Shown here: piece by piece, positions 59,972 through 64,000 of the stretch | Numbering within the stretch: position 1 is the first letter of the stretch | How the letters are laid out: each line of letters begins with the position of its first letter | DNA from: Leucoraja erinacea | Lineage: Eukaryota | Assembly (NCBI RefSeq): GCF_028641065.1 | Contig: NC_073387.1 | Span: forward strand, 21,700,001-21,764,000 | Direction: 5' to 3' | Length of the DNA stretch: 64,000 nt | Notes under the pieces: generated by a model | Databases searched by the model: none | Seen by the model: only the letters and a program-made list of their open reading frames with translations | What the model was told of the DNA's origin: nothing | Position numbers and translations under genes: made by a program

Positions 59972-62129
59972 ACAACTGTTCTTAAAGCTGGCCTGTTCGA
60001 TCAATATTTACATGCATTTTATTTATAATCGTAGACAAATAGAAACAGTTCACTGAATCAAATTCAATTGATAGTGAATACGTCATGACAAGAAAGGAAG
60101 GCAAACGTACGCTTTCTACAGGAATGCACGTGCACCATTCGCCAATTATTAGTTGTCACGATGTCATGACATAGGTCTCAGGTGGCGCGACATAAGTAAA
60201 GTCTGTAAAAAAGATGAGAATAATACCCAGAAAAATCTAATTTAGTCTAAATCTTCAAGCATTCAGCTATGCACCCGAGAACGTGTCTGTTGCTTATGAA
60301 TATGAAATACAGGGAATAGGCCCCCGTACTGTCGAACTACACCGTTTTTAATGTAATCATGGCTGGCTAGTTTGGCGCTTCAAGCACGCATTCCTGTCTA
60401 CGGGCATTACTTATATTAACGCCCTTGCTTATCCATAGCCTTCCAGTTTCCTTGAGATAAAGTAAATTGTTTTCATTTCGACACGAGTGTTTAGCTCTGC
60501 GCAATGACTCCTGGTTACGAAGCCTCACACATGATTAAACATTATCTTCATATCTGCCTTGTCGAGACACTCATCCCCCTCCGCCGCTCCTCCTTCACCC
60601 CTTCATCGTCTTGTGTGCCTACATGTATAACATTTTTGCAAATGTCCAGTCTATTCCAGATATACAGCTCGAAAGCCTTACTCGAACTGCCTACTGTGCA
60701 TTAACATTCCACAACATAGAAACCCATAATAACACAGACTCCCGACTTTCTCTCACCCGTGTCCCACATGACCGATAAGCAACGTCCGATTGTTACATTC
60801 ATCTGCAGTCGCAATACAACTCTACGAGCTTTCCAAGATATTTATTGCATCTGCTTCGTTGTTTTACCTTGAATGTGCTTGCCGTTAATTGTAGATTCTG
60901 GGACATATAACAATTGAAAAAACATAGTACTCTTTTAATCGAACGAGTATAATTTGTGTCGCCGTTAATTTTATTAACCGAACAATACAGCACCAGTCAG
61001 GTACCCACAAGATAAACATACTCGTCTTCCGTTGGATGATAGTGCGGAGGGCCGAGTCACTTTGGCCTCGAACCGTCGTCCGTCGAGCTCGTACACTCGC
61101 GTAGACCTGGTGTGATCTGGGCCGACCAATCAACGCCGATCTGCGTGGGTGCAGCGGACGACGGAGCTAATATTCATTTCACAGTCAACGGGTGAACACA
61201 CACACCTTGCCATTTTGTACTAATTGTTGAGCTGTCTCGTTTAAATATTAAACTGTTTAGACAACACGTGAACCTCTTCAGTGGTGACCCAACGATCCAA
61301 AACGGCATCTTTTGGATTTCATCATGCTAGGAGGAGACCCCAGATCAGCAGAACGCAGTTTCACTCTAACTGCCCTCCTTCTGGACATCGCAGCCCCAAG
61401 TTTGGCTTGAACAAGCCAAAACCTAATTCCACATCCGCCAGATAACTGCCGACGTCAACAAGTACTACCACGTGTACGAAGGGATCAAGACGGTCCTCAA
61501 GTACACATTCGGTCTCAGCTACAGCGACAGGGCAGCAAAACTCCTGTACAAGGATTGCCTTGACGACCGCAAACCATCGGTGTACATGAAATAAATGTTC
61601 ACCCTGATGGATGCCTCCTTTTCGAACAGGGCTTCCTCGAGCACATGCCTGAGGACATCCGCCTGCTCCTCGCGGCTGATTATTTCACCGACTCCAGACG
61701 GCTGGCAGCCGGTGCAGATGTGCTGTGGCAGGCCAAACATCAGGGTGGAGCTACCATCAATCGGGTGGTGGCTGTGCCTCGGCAGGTCATAATGGTGGTC
61801 CCAACCTCCATGGAATGAGTGGCAGTAATGTCGGCCACACAGGGCGCCAGCAAGGACAAGTGGTGCTACTACCGCCAAAGGTGGGGCTTCGAGGCCAGCC
61901 GATGCCAACCACCATGCACACACCTGGGAAAAGCCACGGCCAGCCGTCAGTAGTGGCAACTGCCGCCGCCAAAATCATCATCTCCTCTACACTTGGGATC
62001 ATCATTCAGGGCGGCGTTTTCTCGCTGACACGGGAGTGGAGATCAGTGTTTTCCCCCCCCCCCCCCCCCCCCCACTCGGCACTGACACTCGTTCCAGAAA
62101 GAAGGGGCTTCCCCTGACTGCAGCCAACA

Positions 62130-62905
62130 GATTAGATTAGATTAGATTAGATTAGATCCTTTATTTGTCATTCAGATCTTTCGGTCTGAACGAAATGTCA
62201 TTGCCTGCAGCCATACATATAATAATAAACAACAAAACACACAATAAACACAAATTAACATCCACCACAGTGAGTTCACCAGGCACCCCCTCACTGTGAT
62301 GGAGGCAAAAGTCTTAAGGTTACTGTCGCTTCCCTCCTCATTCTCCCTCTGCGCTGAGGCGATATGTTGTTACCCCACCAGGCGATGGTAGTCAGTCCCG
62401 CGGCTCAACCAAGCTCCGCGGCCCGGGGTGGTCGAAGCTGCCGCCCTCCAGTCAAGCGGACGCAGCTGTTGCCGCGAGAGCTCCGGAAAACAGGCACCAG
62501 CTTGTGACCTGTGAGCTCCCGGCCGAGCCCCGGATCCATGTCGCCGCCGCCGGAACGCCGCCGCCGGAACGCCGCCTCAGTCACCGGAGCACCGTCTCAG
62601 CCTCAGCCACCGGAGCACCGTCTCAGCCCCGCGCCGGCCCGCTCTCAGGGAGCACCGTCTCAGCCCCGAGCCTGGACACCCGGAGCGCCGTCTCAGCCCC
62701 GAGCCGGGCCGCACTGACCGGAGCGCCGTCCCAGCCCCTCACCGGGCCGCCCTCACCGGAGCACCGTCTCAGCCCCGAGTCGTGCCGCTGCCACTGGAGC
62801 GCCTGAACGCCGCCTCGCGTTGGTGAGTCCTGGCTGGCTCTGCCTCCGGAACCTCGAGGTCGGTCGCAGGTTGGAGGCCGCCAGCTCCGCCATTAGGCCT
62901 CAGCG
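62130..62905 (-). mobile_element. GC-rich non-coding retroelement nested in the Gypsy protease
   Basis: (TCTAA)n tail and hairpin-TGACAAATAAAG end; interrupts the LTAAN|..NIRIYG protease reading; homologous to 42851-43607. Confidence 0.78.
62575..62780. repeat. GC-rich minisatellite (GGAGCACCGTCTCAGCC core, about 6 units)
   Basis: Core recurs at ~62586, 62612, 62648, 62682, 62720 and 62758 with variable spacers. Confidence 0.85.
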
Positions 62906-64000
62906 CAACATCCGAATATACGGGGGCCACACGATCCCGCGCAACATCAACTCCTGTCGCTTCAATTCGACCATTACCATCGCCGACGTCTCACAACCAC
63001 TGCTGGGCACCGACTTCCTACGGGCGCAATCCCTGCTGGTCGACGTGAAAGGACAACGTCTCGTTAATTCTGAGACGTTGGAGCCGATCGCCGAATGGAC
63101 TGCACCCCACCTCGGCTCCGTGACCTCCGTCAACGGATACGCCAGGATCTTGGCTGATTTCCCTGACATCATAACTCCCCGCTTCACAACGTCCAGCCCC
63201 AAGCATGGGGTGAAGCTCCATATCCCCACCACCCAACCACCACTCCATGCATGCGCAAGCAGGCTGGCCCCCCATCAACTCCAACTGGCCAAAGACGAGT
63301 TCCGCAAGATGGAGGAAATGGGCATAGTGCGCTGCTCAGGCAGCCCGTGGGCATCCCTGCCATCTCAACGAGGTCACAACAGCCGACCGGTACCCTGTCC
63401 CTCACATCCGAAATTTCACGGCAAACCTGGATGGTGACAAGGTATTTTTCAAGATCAACCTGGTATGCGGCTACCATCAGATTCTGGTCCACCCAGACGA
63501 CATCCCTAAGACGGCCTTCATCACCCCGTTCGGGCTCTTTAAGTTCCTGTGCATGCCTCTCGGCCTCAAGAACGGCGCCTAAACGTTCTACCGGCTCATT
63601 GACACGGTGGGCCGCGGGCTGGACTTCATGTTCATCTACCTCGACGACATCCTCGTCGCCAGCCGCAGGAACACCACGCACACTCCCGGCTGCTCTGCCA
63701 GCGGCTCAACGAGCATGGCCATACCATCAACCTTGCCAAGTGTCAGTTTGGCCTTACTTCTATCAACTTCCTCAGCTACCACATCAACCAGCATAGAGCA
63801 CTCCCACTCCCAACCAAGGTCGATGCCATCCGCAAGTGTGCCAAACTCTCTACTGTGAAAGGACTCCAAGAGTTTGTTGGCATGGTCAACTTGTACAAGC
63901 ACTTCGTGCCAGCAGCTGCCAGGATTATGCAACCGCTGTTCAAGGTCCTGGCCAAAAAGGCAAAATAAATCATTTGGGATACGCCGCCACATTCGACAAT

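Larger units (their letters stand above)
61043..64000 (+). mobile_element. Defective Gypsy LTR retrotransposon, CsRn1-like (5' LTR ~61043-61280, PBS, gag, protease, RT); runs off the window
   Basis: LTR ends CTTCA, followed by TGGTGACCC (tRNA-Trp-type PBS). Gag LPSFWTSQPQVWLEQA and CYYRQRWGFEASRCQPPC; protease FLADTG; RT KTAFITPFGL and YLDDILVAS; many stops. LTR left edge is approximate. Confidence 0.88.

Overview
Eukaryotic (vertebrate) genomic DNA, most likely a cartilaginous fish such as a skate or ray (inferred from its HE1/V-SINE-like SINEs and CR1-type LINEs). The window covers part of the clustered protocadherin (Pcdh) locus. It holds five tandem, minus-strand, ~2.4 kb variable exons, each encoding a signal peptide, six cadherin repeats, a TM segment and a Cys-rich cytoplasmic stub. 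Each exon has its own near-identical CGCT-box promoter element (CSE) 220-275 bp upstream of the ATG. Three exons are intact and two are broken by a single extra base. The exons fall into two classes: the two left ones end in canonical phase-0 splice donors, while the three right ones run to a stop codon with no good donor (Pcdh-beta-like). No constant exons were recognised in the window. The spacers are packed with transposable elements: CR1-type LINEs, a near-intact Rex1/Babar LINE, SINEs, two related defective CsRn1-type Gypsy copies, a palindromic MITE-like element, a GC-rich non-coding element with a Rex1-like 3' end, and about 13 Penelope-derived fragments carrying a minimal hammerhead ribozyme motif. 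One N gap and several long G/C homopolymers indicate local assembly weakness. All of this was read by eye; no database search was run.
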